A DNA stretch of 59,982 nucleotides, from positions 1 to 59,982 of the forward strand of contig DATFXK010000008.1 in NCBI GenBank assembly GCA_035316005.1. Direction: 5' to 3'. The notes beneath the pieces are model-generated. The model was given only the letters and a program-made list of their open reading frames with translations. It was not told the origin of the DNA and did not search any database. Below, one piece after another: positions 21,791 through 31,132 of this stretch (its first letter is position 1; the number at the start of each line of letters is the position of its first letter). This DNA is from Acidimicrobiia bacterium. Lineage in GTDB: Bacteria; Actinomycetota; Acidimicrobiia; IMCC26256; JACDBD01. The translations under genes were made by a program, and so were the position numbers.

Positions 21791-22837
21791 ATGAACCGAA
21801 ACCGAGTCGTCGCTATCGCCACCGTCTTCCTGCTCGTCGCGCTGGCCGCCTGTGGTGGTGGCGGACACACGGCCAAGAAGCGAGTGGCGCCGACCACGCC
21901 CAAGCCAACTGTCGCGCCGCTCACCGGACTGCCTGATCCCAACGGCGAAAGCCTTCGGCGCCCCGCACTCTCGATCAAGATCGAGAACACCCCCGAGGCT
22001 CGCCCCCAGACGGGGCTCGATTCGGCCGACGTCGTGTTCGAGGAGGTCACCGAAGGAGAGATCACCCGTTTCGTCGCCGTGTTCAACTCTGCGATCCCCG
22101 ACGTGATCGGGCCGATTCGCTCGGTGCGCGCGATGGATCCCGACATCGTGACGCCGCTCGGAGGGATCTTCGCCTACTCGGGAGGCATCCCGGAGACGGT
22201 CGATCTGATCCGACACGCACCCGGAGTGAACTCGCTCGACGAGACGCAGGCCGGGTCGGCGATGTTCCGCGACAAGTCCAAGCGGGCACCGCACAATCTG
22301 TACGGCCACGGCCAGGATCTGCTCACGAAGGGCGGCCAGCCCGTGCCCGTCCGGCCACTGTTTTCGTACCTCGACGCCAGCGCGACGTTCAATGGCGACC
22401 CCGTCGCGTCGATCGACGTGGGGTTCAAGCAGGGGTACGGCGTGACGTACACGTTCGATGCCGCCTCGCACACGTGGAAGCGGTCGTACGGGCTCGCTCC
22501 CCACACCGCCGACTCGGGGCAGCAGATCGCGCCCACCAACGTGATCGTGCAGTTCGTCGGCTGCTGCGTCCCGAGCCCCGAGGGAGGTGCGTACCAGACC
22601 GTGGGACAGGGGCAAGCGTGGGTGCTCTCCGACGGGAAGATCGTCCGGGGTCAGTGGACACGCTCCGACCGCTCGCAGCCCACGCAGTACGTCGACGCCT
22701 CCGGCGCGCCGATCAAGCTGCAGCCCGGCCGCACCTGGGTCGAGTACGTGCCGGCCTCGCCCGACTACCCGGTGAACGTGACGGCGGCGCCGCCGTCTGC
22801 GCCGGCCCCCTCCACCCCGGCCACCACCCGCCGTTAG
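21791..22837 (+). CDS. DUF3048-type lipoprotein
   Basis: Lipobox LAAC. PLTGLP...PALSIKIENTPEARPQTGL..ADVVFEEVTEGEITRFVAVF is the characteristic DUF3048 N-terminal block. Begins 3 nt after the previous gene. Confidence 0.65.
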   Translation: MNRNRVVAIATVFLLVALAACGGGGHTAKKRVAPTTPKPTVAPLTGLPDPNGESLRRPALSIKIENTPEARPQTGLDSADVVFEEVTEGEITRFVAVFNSAIPDVIGPIRSVRAMDPDIVTPLGGIFAYSGGIPETVDLIRHAPGVNSLDETQAGSAMFRDKSKRAPHNLYGHGQDLLTKGGQPVPVRPLFSYLDASATFNGDPVASIDVGFKQGYGVTYTFDAASHTWKRSYGLAPHTADSGQQIAPTNVIVQFVGCCVPSPEGGAYQTVGQGQAWVLSDGKIVRGQWTRSDRSQPTQYVDASGAPIKLQPGRTWVEYVPASPDYPVNVTAAPPSAPAPSTPATTRR

Positions 22838-22908
22838 CGCACGGCGAGCGGGGGCTCGCTTTCCAACGCCCACGGACCGCCGCGCCGGATCGACTACCCT
22901 CATGCTCG

Positions 22909-22998
22909 ATGCACCCCATCAGCACCGTCATCGTCATTCGGTAGCGAACGCCGTCGCCGGCGTTCGCCCTCGACCGTCCACTTCGGTGGGCGGTTTTT
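22909..22998 (+). promoter_or_regulatory. leader-peptide attenuator upstream of leuB-ilvE-cimA (leader [14 protein letters not shown])
   Basis: Leader ORF runs ATG 22909 to TAG 22942-22944, with seven of its last eight codons encoding I/S/T/V. Perfect 10-bp hairpin GCGAACGCCG-tcgc-CGGCGTTCGC at 22944-22967. Hairpin CCGTCCAC-ttcg-GTGGGCGG at 22974-22993, then TTTTT at 22994-22998. leuB GTG is at 23033. Confidence 0.7.
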
Positions 22999-23032
22999 CG
23001 TTCTCAGGGAACCAGGAGCAAGGACGGCAACC

Positions 23033-24025
23033 GTGCCGCACGCGATCGGGATCATCGGTGGTGACGGCATCGGCCCCGAGGTGGTGACCGAGGCCCTCAA
23101 GGTCGTCGACGCGACCGGCGTCGCGTACGAGGCCGTCCCCTACGACCTGGGCGCTGCCCGTTACCTGCGCACCGGCGAAGTCCTTCCCGACCAGGTCCTG
23201 GGCGAGATCAGCGGGCTCGACGCCGTCCTCCTCGGTGCGGTCGGAGCGCCCGACGTCCCACCGGGCGTCCTCGAGCGGGGCCTGCTCCTGCGCCTCCGGT
23301 TCGAGCTCGACCTCTACGTCAATCTGCGTCCGTTCAAGGCGGGACCAAGCGCCCTGAACGATGGGGTCGACTGCGTCGTCGTGCGCGAGAACACGGAGGG
23401 CGTCTACGCCGGCGAGGGGGGCTTCCTCCGCAAGGGCACACCCAACGAGGTTGCGACGCAAGGCGCGGTGAACACCCGGCTGGGGGTCGAGCGGTGCGTC
23501 AGGTTCGCGTTCGACCTCGCCCGCACGCGCGATCGGCGCCACGTGACGCTCGTGCACAAGACGAACGTGCTGACGTTCGCCGGCGACCTCTGGCGGCGTA
23601 CGTTCGACGACGTCGCCGGCGAGCATGCCGACGTCGGGACCGGTTACCACCACGTCGACGCCGCCTGCATCCACCTCGTGGAGGATCCCGGCCGGTACGA
23701 CGTGATCGTCACCGACAATCTCTTCGGCGACATCCTCACCGACCTCGCCGGCGCGGTGGCGGGCGGGATCGGTCGCGCCGCGTCGGCCAACCTGAACCCG
23801 GCCCGCACCGGCCCGTCCGTCTTCGAGCCCGTGCACGGGTCGGCTCCCGACATCGCCGGAACCGGACAGGCCGACCCCCGGGCTGCGATCATCTCCGCAG
23901 CCATGCTGCTGGAGTTCCTGGGCGAGGCCGAGGCGGCCGCCCGAGTCGAGAAGGCAGTTGCCGCCTCGGACGACGTGGACGGGACCACGTCGGAGATCGG
24001 CGACGCGATCGCAGGAAGGGTGTGA
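23033..24025 (+). CDS. leuB: 3-isopropylmalate dehydrogenase
   Basis: 330 aa. [14 protein letters not shown]-terminus, VRENTEG.Y and [10 protein letters not shown] motifs of the isocitrate/isopropylmalate dehydrogenase family. Confidence 0.9.
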   Translation: MPHAIGIIGGDGIGPEVVTEALKVVDATGVAYEAVPYDLGAARYLRTGEVLPDQVLGEISGLDAVLLGAVGAPDVPPGVLERGLLLRLRFELDLYVNLRPFKAGPSALNDGVDCVVVRENTEGVYAGEGGFLRKGTPNEVATQGAVNTRLGVERCVRFAFDLARTRDRRHVTLVHKTNVLTFAGDLWRRTFDDVAGEHADVGTGYHHVDAACIHLVEDPGRYDVIVTDNLFGDILTDLAGAVAGGIGRAASANLNPARTGPSVFEPVHGSAPDIAGTGQADPRAAIISAAMLLEFLGEAEAAARVEKAVAASDDVDGTTSEIGDAIAGRV

Positions 24026-24029
24026 CGGG

Positions 24030-24950
24030 ATGCCCATCGACAAGACGGCGAAGATCTGGATGGACGGGAAGCTCGTCGACTGGGACGACGCCCGCATCCA
24101 TGTCCTCACCCACACGTTGCACTACGGATCGGGGGTGTTCGAGGGCATCCGCGCCTACCCGACCGCGAGCGGACCGGCGGCGTTCCGCCTCACCGACCAC
24201 ATGCGGCGACTGCTCCAGTCCGCGCATCTGTTCATGATCGACGTGCCCTACACGCTGCAGGAGCTCGTCGACGCGGCGAAGGAGACGATCCGCGTCAACG
24301 AGGTGGAGTCCTGCTACATCCGCCCGATCGCGTTCCTTGGCTACGGCGAGATGGGGCTCAACCCGCTGCCGTGCCCGGTGAACGTCTCGATCGCGGTGTG
24401 GCCGTGGGGCACGTATCTCGGCGACGAGGCAATCAAGCACGGCGTGCGCATGAAGGTGTCGTCCTGGCGCCGGATGGACTCGAACGTGAACCCGGTCGCC
24501 GCCAAGGGCACCGGCATCTACATCAACTCGAGCCTCGCCAAGGTAGAAGCGCTGAAGTCGGGGTACGACGAGGCGATCTTGCTCAACACGCACGGGTTCG
24601 TCGCCGAGTGCACAGGCGAGAACGTGTTCGTGGTGAAGGAGGGCCGGCTCATCACGCCGCCATTGTCGTCGGGTGCGCTCGAGGGCATCACACGCGACTC
24701 GGTGATGACCATCGCCCGCGACCTCGGCTACGAGGTGCGCGAGGAGAATCTGCTCCGCACCGACCTGTACTGCGCCGAAGAGGCGTTCCTCACCGGCACC
24801 GCCGCCGAGATCGTCCCGATGCGGTCGGTCGACGACCGTGAGATCGGCGAGCCGGGTGAGATCACCCGGAAGATCCAGGAGACCTATTTCGCCACCGTCC
24901 ACGGCGAGGTCCCGCAGTACAAAGAGTGGTTGGAATATGCCCGCGAATAG
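24030..24950 (+). CDS. ilvE: branched-chain amino acid aminotransferase
   Basis: [43 protein letters not shown] and EGITR blocks of class IV aminotransferases. 306 aa. Confidence 0.9.
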   Translation: MPIDKTAKIWMDGKLVDWDDARIHVLTHTLHYGSGVFEGIRAYPTASGPAAFRLTDHMRRLLQSAHLFMIDVPYTLQELVDAAKETIRVNEVESCYIRPIAFLGYGEMGLNPLPCPVNVSIAVWPWGTYLGDEAIKHGVRMKVSSWRRMDSNVNPVAAKGTGIYINSSLAKVEALKSGYDEAILLNTHGFVAECTGENVFVVKEGRLITPPLSSGALEGITRDSVMTIARDLGYEVREENLLRTDLYCAEEAFLTGTAAEIVPMRSVDDREIGEPGEITRKIQETYFATVHGEVPQYKEWLEYARE

Positions 24951-26544
24951 CAGCGCCACACAAGGGCCACGCAGCGTCGAGATCTACGACACCACCCTGC
25001 GCGACGGCGCGCAGCTCGAAGGCATCTCACTCACCGTCGACGACAAGCTGCGCATCGCCGAGCAACTCGACTGGCTCGGCGTCCACTACATCGAGGCCGG
25101 CTGGCCCGGCGCCAACCCGAAGGACGACGAGCTCTTCCGCCGGATCCCCGATGAGTTGAAGCTCGAGACGAGCAAGGTCGTTGCCTTCGGCTCGACCCGT
25201 CGCGTGAGGGGCAAGGTCGACTCGGACGACACCTTGCGCCAACTGGTCGAATCGTCCACCGAAGCCGTGTGCATCGTCGGGAAGTCGTGGGATTACCACG
25301 TGACCGAGGCGCTGCAGACGACGCTCGACGAGGGCACGGCAATGGTCGCCGACTCGGTGGAGTTCCTGCGGTCGAACGGGCGCCAAGTGCTCTTCGACGC
25401 CGAGCACTTCTTCGACGGCTACCGCAGCAACCCGGAGTTCGCCTTGCGGGTGCTCGAGGGCGCGGCGCGGGCGGGTGCGTCACATCTCGTCTTGTGCGAC
25501 ACGAATGGCGGCACGCTGCCGCACGACGTCGAGCGCGTCGTGCGCGAGGTCGTCGAGTACTTCGGCGACGACGTCGCCGTCGCCGTGCACCTCCACGACG
25601 ACGCCGGGACGGGCGTGGCCAACGCGCTTGCCGGCGTGCGCGGCGGCGCGACCCAGGTGCAGGGGACGATCAACGGGTACGGCGAGCGCACCGGCAACTG
25701 CAACCTGACGGCGATCATCCCGAACCTCACTCTGAAGATGGGGATCGCGACGATCCCGTCCGACCGGCTCGACCGCCTCGCACCCGTCGCGCATCACGTG
25801 GCCGAGCTCGTGAACATGCCGTTGAACCCACAAGCCGCGTACGTGGGCTCATCGGCGTTCGCGCACAAGGGCGGCATCCACGCCAGCGCCGTCGCACGCA
25901 GGCCCGACGCCTACGAGCACGTGAACCCCGAGCTGGTCGGAAATCGCACCCACGTCGTGGTGTCGGAGCTCGCCGGGCGAAGCAACCTCGCGATGAAGGC
26001 GAAGGAGATGGGCATCGACCTCGATGGTCCGCAGCTCAACGAGGTCGTAGACACGCTGAAGCGGCTCGAGCACGAGGGCTATCACTTCGAAGTGGCCGAC
26101 GGGTCGTTGGAGCTCCTGATGCGGTATGCGGCGGGATGGCGCCAGCCCTGGTTCCGTGTCGAGGAGTGGGAGGTGATCGTCGAGGACGCCCGCGACGACG
26201 ATCGTCTGTCGACCCAGGCGATCGTGCGCGGCCGGACCGACAGCGACGAGTTCCACGAGATCGCGACCGGCAACGGGCCGGTGAATGCGCTCGATGGTGC
26301 CCTCCGCAAGGCCATCGGCGCGCGGTATCCGGAGCTCGCCCCGATCCACCTCACCGACTACAAGGTGCGCGTGCTCGACACGCACAAGGGCACCGGCGCA
26401 GTCACGCGTGTGCTCGTCGACAGCACCGACGGCGAGGAGACGTGGACGACGATCGGAGTGGGGGAGAACATCATCGAGGCGTCGTGGCAGGCCCTCGAAG
26501 ACTCCCTCGTGTACGGGTTGCTCCGCGCCGGCGTCCCGGGCTAG
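24937..26544 (+). CDS. cimA: citramalate synthase-type IPMS-family enzyme
   Basis: VEIYDTTLRDGAQLEGISLTVDDKLRIAEQLD..GVHYIEAGWPGANPKD, HLHDDAGTGVANALAG and a C-terminal LeuA-dimer domain. The pattern (GAQ, AGWPGANPKD) is what I associate with CimA rather than LeuA. Overlaps the ilvE stop by 14 nt. Confidence 0.75.
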   Translation: MPANSSATQGPRSVEIYDTTLRDGAQLEGISLTVDDKLRIAEQLDWLGVHYIEAGWPGANPKDDELFRRIPDELKLETSKVVAFGSTRRVRGKVDSDDTLRQLVESSTEAVCIVGKSWDYHVTEALQTTLDEGTAMVADSVEFLRSNGRQVLFDAEHFFDGYRSNPEFALRVLEGAARAGASHLVLCDTNGGTLPHDVERVVREVVEYFGDDVAVAVHLHDDAGTGVANALAGVRGGATQVQGTINGYGERTGNCNLTAIIPNLTLKMGIATIPSDRLDRLAPVAHHVAELVNMPLNPQAAYVGSSAFAHKGGIHASAVARRPDAYEHVNPELVGNRTHVVVSELAGRSNLAMKAKEMGIDLDGPQLNEVVDTLKRLEHEGYHFEVADGSLELLMRYAAGWRQPWFRVEEWEVIVEDARDDDRLSTQAIVRGRTDSDEFHEIATGNGPVNALDGALRKAIGARYPELAPIHLTDYKVRVLDTHKGTGAVTRVLVDSTDGEETWTTIGVGENIIEASWQALEDSLVYGLLRAGVPG

Positions 26545-26552
26545 CCAGTCCC

Positions 26553-27116
26553 GTGCCGACCGACCCGTTCGTCCCCGAGCGCCTCGAGGACGAGCCCCGC
26601 CAGGAACCGAACCTCCCGCCCGGCGTGAAGATGCCGCCGGCCCGGAGCTGGGTGGCGAACCGGCCCGGCGACATCCCCGCCGGCTGGCCGAGCGGCAAGC
26701 TGCTCGGCTCACCGGGCCCGAATGTCGGCTACGCGCTCACGCTCGCGAACCGCGCCCGCGACCGATTCGTGCTCGCCCCGCACGAGCACCCGGAGGACGC
26801 GATCGCGGTCGTCGCCGAGATCGCCATGCGGCGGGCGGCCCTGTTCGGTCGGGCCCCGGTGATGCCCGACGTCGAGTTCGGGATGGAGATCCTCGGCTAC
26901 CGCGGCGATGCGGCAGCCGACTTCGTCGCCTGGCGAACCCGTGCCGTCCGAGGCACGCGCGACGACTACTACGAGCGCCGCGCCCTCGTCGACGCCATCC
27001 CCGTCGACATCCTCCGCCTCGTCCCGGCGGCGCTCCCCGCCCACCTGCCCGAGGCCCGCGACGCGTTGCGCACCAGCGTCCCCGATTCGCCAGCGGAGTA
27101 CGCGCCAGAACCCTGA
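26553..27116 (+). CDS. hypothetical protein
   Basis: GTG at 26553, 9 nt after the cimA stop. 187 codons with very high GC3. It appears only as the tail of a longer ORF-track entry (25269..27116). No motif recognised. Confidence 0.55.
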   Translation: MPTDPFVPERLEDEPRQEPNLPPGVKMPPARSWVANRPGDIPAGWPSGKLLGSPGPNVGYALTLANRARDRFVLAPHEHPEDAIAVVAEIAMRRAALFGRAPVMPDVEFGMEILGYRGDAAADFVAWRTRAVRGTRDDYYERRALVDAIPVDILRLVPAALPAHLPEARDALRTSVPDSPAEYAPEP

Positions 27117-27131
27117 CTACCATGTCAGGTT

Positions 27132-28298
27132 GTGAGGGCCGCCGGCTTCTTGCTCTCCGAGGAGCACGAAGAGTTCCGGGGCGCGTTGCGCCGGTTCGCC
27201 GAGAAGGAGATCGCCCCCCACGCCGCGGACGCCGACGAGCGGGAGGCCTACCCGCAGGCGAGCATGGACGCGCTCCGGGACTCCGGCTTCGTCCGGGCGC
27301 TCTATCCCCTCGAGCACGGCGGCGACGCCGGCGACCTGCTGACCGCGGCGCTCGTGGTCGAGGAGGTCGCCCGGGCGTGCGGGTCGAGCGCGCTCACCGC
27401 CCTCGTGACCCGCACCGGCGTCGCCGCGCTGATGGCCCACGGCACGCGGGAGCTTTGCGAACGGGTGCTCCCGCCCGTCGTGGCCGGGGAGCAACAGGCC
27501 AGCTACTGCCTCTCGGAGCCCAATGCCGGCAGCGACGCGGCGGCGATGACGACCCGCGCCGCCCGCGACGGCGACCAGTGGGTGTTCAACGGGCGCAAGG
27601 CCTGGATCACGAGCGCCGGCGTCTCGCACGTCTACACGTTGTTCGCCAAGACCGACCCGGCCGGCGGCGGCCGCTCGATCAGCGCCTTCATCGTCGAGCG
27701 CGACCGCCCGGGCCTCTCGATCGGCAAGCTCGAGCACAAGATGGGACTGCGCGGCTCGCCGACCGGTGAGCTCGTGCTCGAGGACGTGGCCGTCCCCGCC
27801 GAGAACCTCATCGGTGAGGAGGGCCGCGGCTTCCACTACGCCCTCGAGGCCCTCGATCGGTCGCGTCCCATCGTCGCGGCCCAGGCCGTCGGGCTCGCAC
27901 AGGGAGCGCTCGACGTCGCCGGCGCCTACATCCTCGAGCGCCGCCAGTTCGACCAGCGCGTCGCCGACTTCCAGGGCGTCCAGTTCATGCTCGCCGAGAT
28001 GGCGACCCAGCTCGAGGCGGCACGCCTCCTCGTGTACGCGGCGTGCGCACGTGTCGACGCCGGCGTGCCCGGCATCACGAAGGCCTCGTCGATGGCGAAG
28101 CTGTTCGCCACCGACAGCGCCATGCGCGTGACCACCGACGCGGTCCAGCTCCTCGGGGGTGCCGGCACCACGCGCGAGTTCCCCGTCGAGCGGATGATGC
28201 GCGACGTCAAGATCACCCAGATCTACGAAGGCACGAACCAGATCCAGCGCGTCGTCATCGCCCGCAAGCTCCTCGACGAGCTGGCGGCGGGCACCTAG
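27132..28298 (+). CDS. acyl-CoA dehydrogenase
   Basis: 388 aa. CLSEPNAGSDAAAM, the three-domain ACAD layout and C-terminal IYEGTNQIQR. Confidence 0.9.
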   Translation: MRAAGFLLSEEHEEFRGALRRFAEKEIAPHAADADEREAYPQASMDALRDSGFVRALYPLEHGGDAGDLLTAALVVEEVARACGSSALTALVTRTGVAALMAHGTRELCERVLPPVVAGEQQASYCLSEPNAGSDAAAMTTRAARDGDQWVFNGRKAWITSAGVSHVYTLFAKTDPAGGGRSISAFIVERDRPGLSIGKLEHKMGLRGSPTGELVLEDVAVPAENLIGEEGRGFHYALEALDRSRPIVAAQAVGLAQGALDVAGAYILERRQFDQRVADFQGVQFMLAEMATQLEAARLLVYAACARVDAGVPGITKASSMAKLFATDSAMRVTTDAVQLLGGAGTTREFPVERMMRDVKITQIYEGTNQIQRVVIARKLLDELAAGT

Positions 28299-28336
28299 CG
28301 GGTTCGCGCGACCCTCGGCCCTACACTCGGCGGGTC

Positions 28337-29779
28337 ATGGCGGACGCCCCGCGGGTGCGGTTCTCACCCGCTCCGACCGGCTCCCTCCACGTCGGCGGGG
28401 CGCACACCGCGTCGTTCAACTGGCTCTTCGCCCGCCACACGGGGGGGACGTTCGCGCTCCGCATCGAGGACACCGACGTCGCCCGTTCGCGACCCGAATG
28501 GGTCCAGGGCATCCAACACGCGCTCGTGTGGTTGGGTCTCGATTGGGACGACGGGGCGATCCTGCAGAGCGAGCGCTTCGACCGGTACCGCGCCGCCGCC
28601 GACGCGCTGCTCGCCGACGGCCACGCGTACGAGTGCTACTGCACCGAAGAAGAGGTGCGGGCGCGCAACGACGCCGCCCGTGCCGCGGGGCGCGCCCCCG
28701 GTTATGACGGGCACTGCCGCAACCTCGACCCCGAGGAGCGGGCGGCGCTCGCCGCCGAAGGCCGGCCCCGGTCGCTGCGGTTCCGCACGCCCGACGACGG
28801 CACGAGCACGTTCGACGACTTGATCCGGGGCGAGATCAGCGTCGAGTGGTCCACCATCGCCGATTTCGTCATCGTCCGCTCCGACGGAACGCCGCTGTTC
28901 TTCCTCGCCAACGCCGTCGACGACATCGACATGGAGATCACGCACGTGATCCGGGGCGAGGATCTGCTCGACACCACCCACCGGGTCCTCGCGCTGCGGG
29001 AGGCCCTCGGCGCCACCGACAGACCCGTCTACGCCCATCTGCCCCTGATCGTCGGCGCCGATCGGGCCAAGCTCTCGAAGCGCCACGGCGCCGTCGCCGT
29101 CGAGGAGTTCCGCGACGCCGGGTACCTCCCCGAGACCGTTCTCAACTACCTGGCGCTGCTCGGCTGGGGCCCCGAGGACGGGCGGGAGATCATGGAGCGG
29201 GCCGAGATCGTCCGCGAGTTCGATCTGGCTGGAGTCGCTCACTCTCCCGCCTTCTTCGACCACCAGAAGCTGGACTGGATGAACGGTGAGTGGATCCGCC
29301 GCCTCGACCTGGACGACCTCGAGCGGCGGGCCATGCCGTTCGCCGAGGCCCGGTTCGACGACCGTCTCTCCGCCGACGCCTTCCGCGGAGCGCTGCGCAT
29401 CGGTCAGGAACGCGCTCTGACCCTCGTGTCGTTGGTGGAGCAGATGGACTTCCTCTTCGTCGGCGAGCAGGAGTTCGAAATCGATCCGGCGTCGTGGGAG
29501 CGCCTGGAGAGCGCCCAACGGGCCGGCGAGATCCTGGACGGCGTGATCGAGCACGTCGAGAACTGCCCCTGGGAGAGCAGCGAGGACCTCGACATCCGCC
29601 CGGTGTTCGAGAAGCTCGGCATCAAACCTCGGAAGGCCATGCACGTGATCTACACCGCCGTCGAAGGCCGCGCCGCCGGTCTCCCCCTGTTCGACTCGAT
29701 GTACCTGCTCGGGGGCGACCGGACGCTGCGCCGACTGCGCGCCGCCCGCGAGCGCCTTCGGAGCGGCTGGACGAGGTGA
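28337..29779 (+). CDS. gltX: glutamate--tRNA ligase
   Basis: RVRFSPAPTGSLHVGGAHTA (HIGH-type) and KLSKRHG (KMSKS-type). 480 aa. Confidence 0.9.
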   Translation: MADAPRVRFSPAPTGSLHVGGAHTASFNWLFARHTGGTFALRIEDTDVARSRPEWVQGIQHALVWLGLDWDDGAILQSERFDRYRAAADALLADGHAYECYCTEEEVRARNDAARAAGRAPGYDGHCRNLDPEERAALAAEGRPRSLRFRTPDDGTSTFDDLIRGEISVEWSTIADFVIVRSDGTPLFFLANAVDDIDMEITHVIRGEDLLDTTHRVLALREALGATDRPVYAHLPLIVGADRAKLSKRHGAVAVEEFRDAGYLPETVLNYLALLGWGPEDGREIMERAEIVREFDLAGVAHSPAFFDHQKLDWMNGEWIRRLDLDDLERRAMPFAEARFDDRLSADAFRGALRIGQERALTLVSLVEQMDFLFVGEQEFEIDPASWERLESAQRAGEILDGVIEHVENCPWESSEDLDIRPVFEKLGIKPRKAMHVIYTAVEGRAAGLPLFDSMYLLGGDRTLRRLRAARERLRSGWTR

Positions 29780-30450
29780 CGGTCAACTGGAAGATCGTCC
29801 GGCGGGTGGCCCTCGTCGTCCTCCTCGTCGCCGTCCTCTATTACGTGGTCACGCTGGTGCAGGTGTGGTGGGCCGCTCGTCAGAACGACACGCGACGCTC
29901 CGACGCGATCGTCGTCCTCGGCGCCGCGCAGTACAACGGCCGGCCCTCTCACGTGTTCAAGGCACGTCTCGATCACGCCGCCGATCTGTACGACGAGCAC
30001 GTCGCGCCCCTGGTCGTCGTGACCGGTGGCAAGCAGACCGGCGACATGTTCACGGAAGCGACATCGGGTGCGAACTACCTCCACCAGAAGGGCATCCCGG
30101 ACCGCGCGATCTTGCGCGAGACGACGAGCCACACGTCCTGGGAGTCGCTCGCGGCGGCGGCCCGGGTGCTCCGGTCCCGGGGCGAGAAGCAGGTCGTGCT
30201 CGTCTCGGACCCGTTCCATGCGCTGCGCATCCGCTCGATCGCGAGCGAGCTCGGGCTCGACGCCGTGACATCCCCGACGCGGACGAGCCCGATCACGGGC
30301 TTCTCGGAGTGGCGCCGCTTCATGAGCGAGGCGCTCGGAGTCGCCGCGGGACGGGTCATCGGGTTCGGTCGCCTCGCCCGCGGGACGAACCGGGTGGGGA
30401 GGCTGGTGCCCGGACTCGGTACGATGGCGCTTCCTTCGGGGGTGGTGTAA
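29776..30450 (+). CDS. YdcF/ElyC (DUF218) family membrane-anchored protein
   Basis: GTG overlaps the gltX stop (GTGA). N-terminal TM helix. DAIVVLGAAQYNGRPS...VVTGG...SW ES...VLVSDPFH blocks of DUF218. Its last 15 nt overlap tRNA-Gln. Confidence 0.7.
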   Translation: MTVNWKIVRRVALVVLLVAVLYYVVTLVQVWWAARQNDTRRSDAIVVLGAAQYNGRPSHVFKARLDHAADLYDEHVAPLVVVTGGKQTGDMFTEATSGANYLHQKGIPDRAILRETTSHTSWESLAAAARVLRSRGEKQVVLVSDPFHALRIRSIASELGLDAVTSPTRTSPITGFSEWRRFMSEALGVAAGRVIGFGRLARGTNRVGRLVPGLGTMALPSGVV

Positions 30451-30507
30451 TCGGCAACACAACAGGTTCTGGCCCTGTCGTTGGGGGTTCGAGTCCTCCC
30501 CCCCGAG
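30436..30507 (+). tRNA. tRNA-Gln (anticodon CTG)
   Basis: Hand-folded cloverleaf. Acceptor TCGGGGG/CCCCCGA with U1:A72, D stem GTGT/ACAC, anticodon stem ACAGG/CCTGT with loop TT-CTG-GC, T arm GGGGG-TTCGAGT-CCTCC. CCA is not encoded. Confidence 0.9.
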
Positions 30508-30525
30508 CCCGGAAGAACCGGCCCC

Positions 30526-30598
30526 GGCCCCGTCGTCTAGTGGCCTAGGACGCCGCCCTCTCAAGGCGGTAACACGGGTTCGAATCCCGTCGGGGCTG
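30526..30598 (+). tRNA. tRNA-Glu (anticodon CTC)
   Basis: Acceptor GGCCCCG/CGGGGCT, anticodon stem CCGCC/GGCGG with loop CT-CTC-AA, T arm ACGGG-TTCGAAT-CCCGT. Confidence 0.9.
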
Positions 30599-30602
30599 CA
30601 GC

Positions 30603-30640
30603 GAAGACCCGGCCGTCGCGGCCGGGTCTTCGGCGTTTTC
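30603..30640 (+). terminator. intrinsic terminator after the tRNA pair
   Basis: 13-bp perfect stem GAAGACCCGGCCG / CGGCCGGGTCTTC at 30603-30631, followed by GGCGTTTT. Confidence 0.8.
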
Positions 30641-30675
30641 GCTGGTCACAAGCCTCGCGGCGGCCGCGGAGGAGG

Positions 30676-30906
30676 TCACCACTCGACCGCCGGCGCGCCG
30701 GCGCGCACGCGCAGCGTGCACGGCATGCCGACGAGATCCATCGCGTCCCGCGGCGTCCCCGTCGCGCGCACGGACACGACGTCGCCTTTGTGCGCGCCCG
30801 TTGTGACGGTCAGATCGAGCGCGGTCGAGCCGTCGTCGCGCGTCTCCGCCCACACGACGAACGCGTCGTACACCCCGTCGTCAAGCGGGATATCCACCGC
30901 TCGCAT
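30676..30906 (-). CDS. small hypothetical protein (76 aa)
   Basis: MRAVDIPLDDGVYDAFVVWAE... High GC3 throughout. The longer ORF-track version (to 31140) extends into the AT-richer HU promoter region and is unlikely. Confidence 0.5.
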   Translation of the reverse strand: MRAVDIPLDDGVYDAFVVWAETRDDGSTALDLTVTTGAHKGDVVSVRATGTPRDAMDLVGMPCTLRVRAGAPAVEW

Positions 30907-31132
30907 CGTCGCGCGGGTTAGCGTGTTCGACACGAATTCACATTGCGCGATCTGTCGGCGCGCTCGATGTGATCGCGTATCGCGGTGCCGACGTGCTCTC
31001 GAGGGGCGATGCGTGTGCATTCTGAGCTTGCTCTTGACGCGCGTGTCGTTCAGAATTGTTGGAAATGCTTGAAATTGCGTACGGGATCGGTTGAACTTTC
31101 TCAGATACCCGGCCGCAAATTCGGAGGTTGGT

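Noticed and set aside
30436-30640. The tRNA pair as a possible integration hotspot or genomic-island boundary.
   Set aside because: No integrase, no direct repeat of a tRNA 3' end downstream, and both flanks are conserved housekeeping genes of host-like composition.
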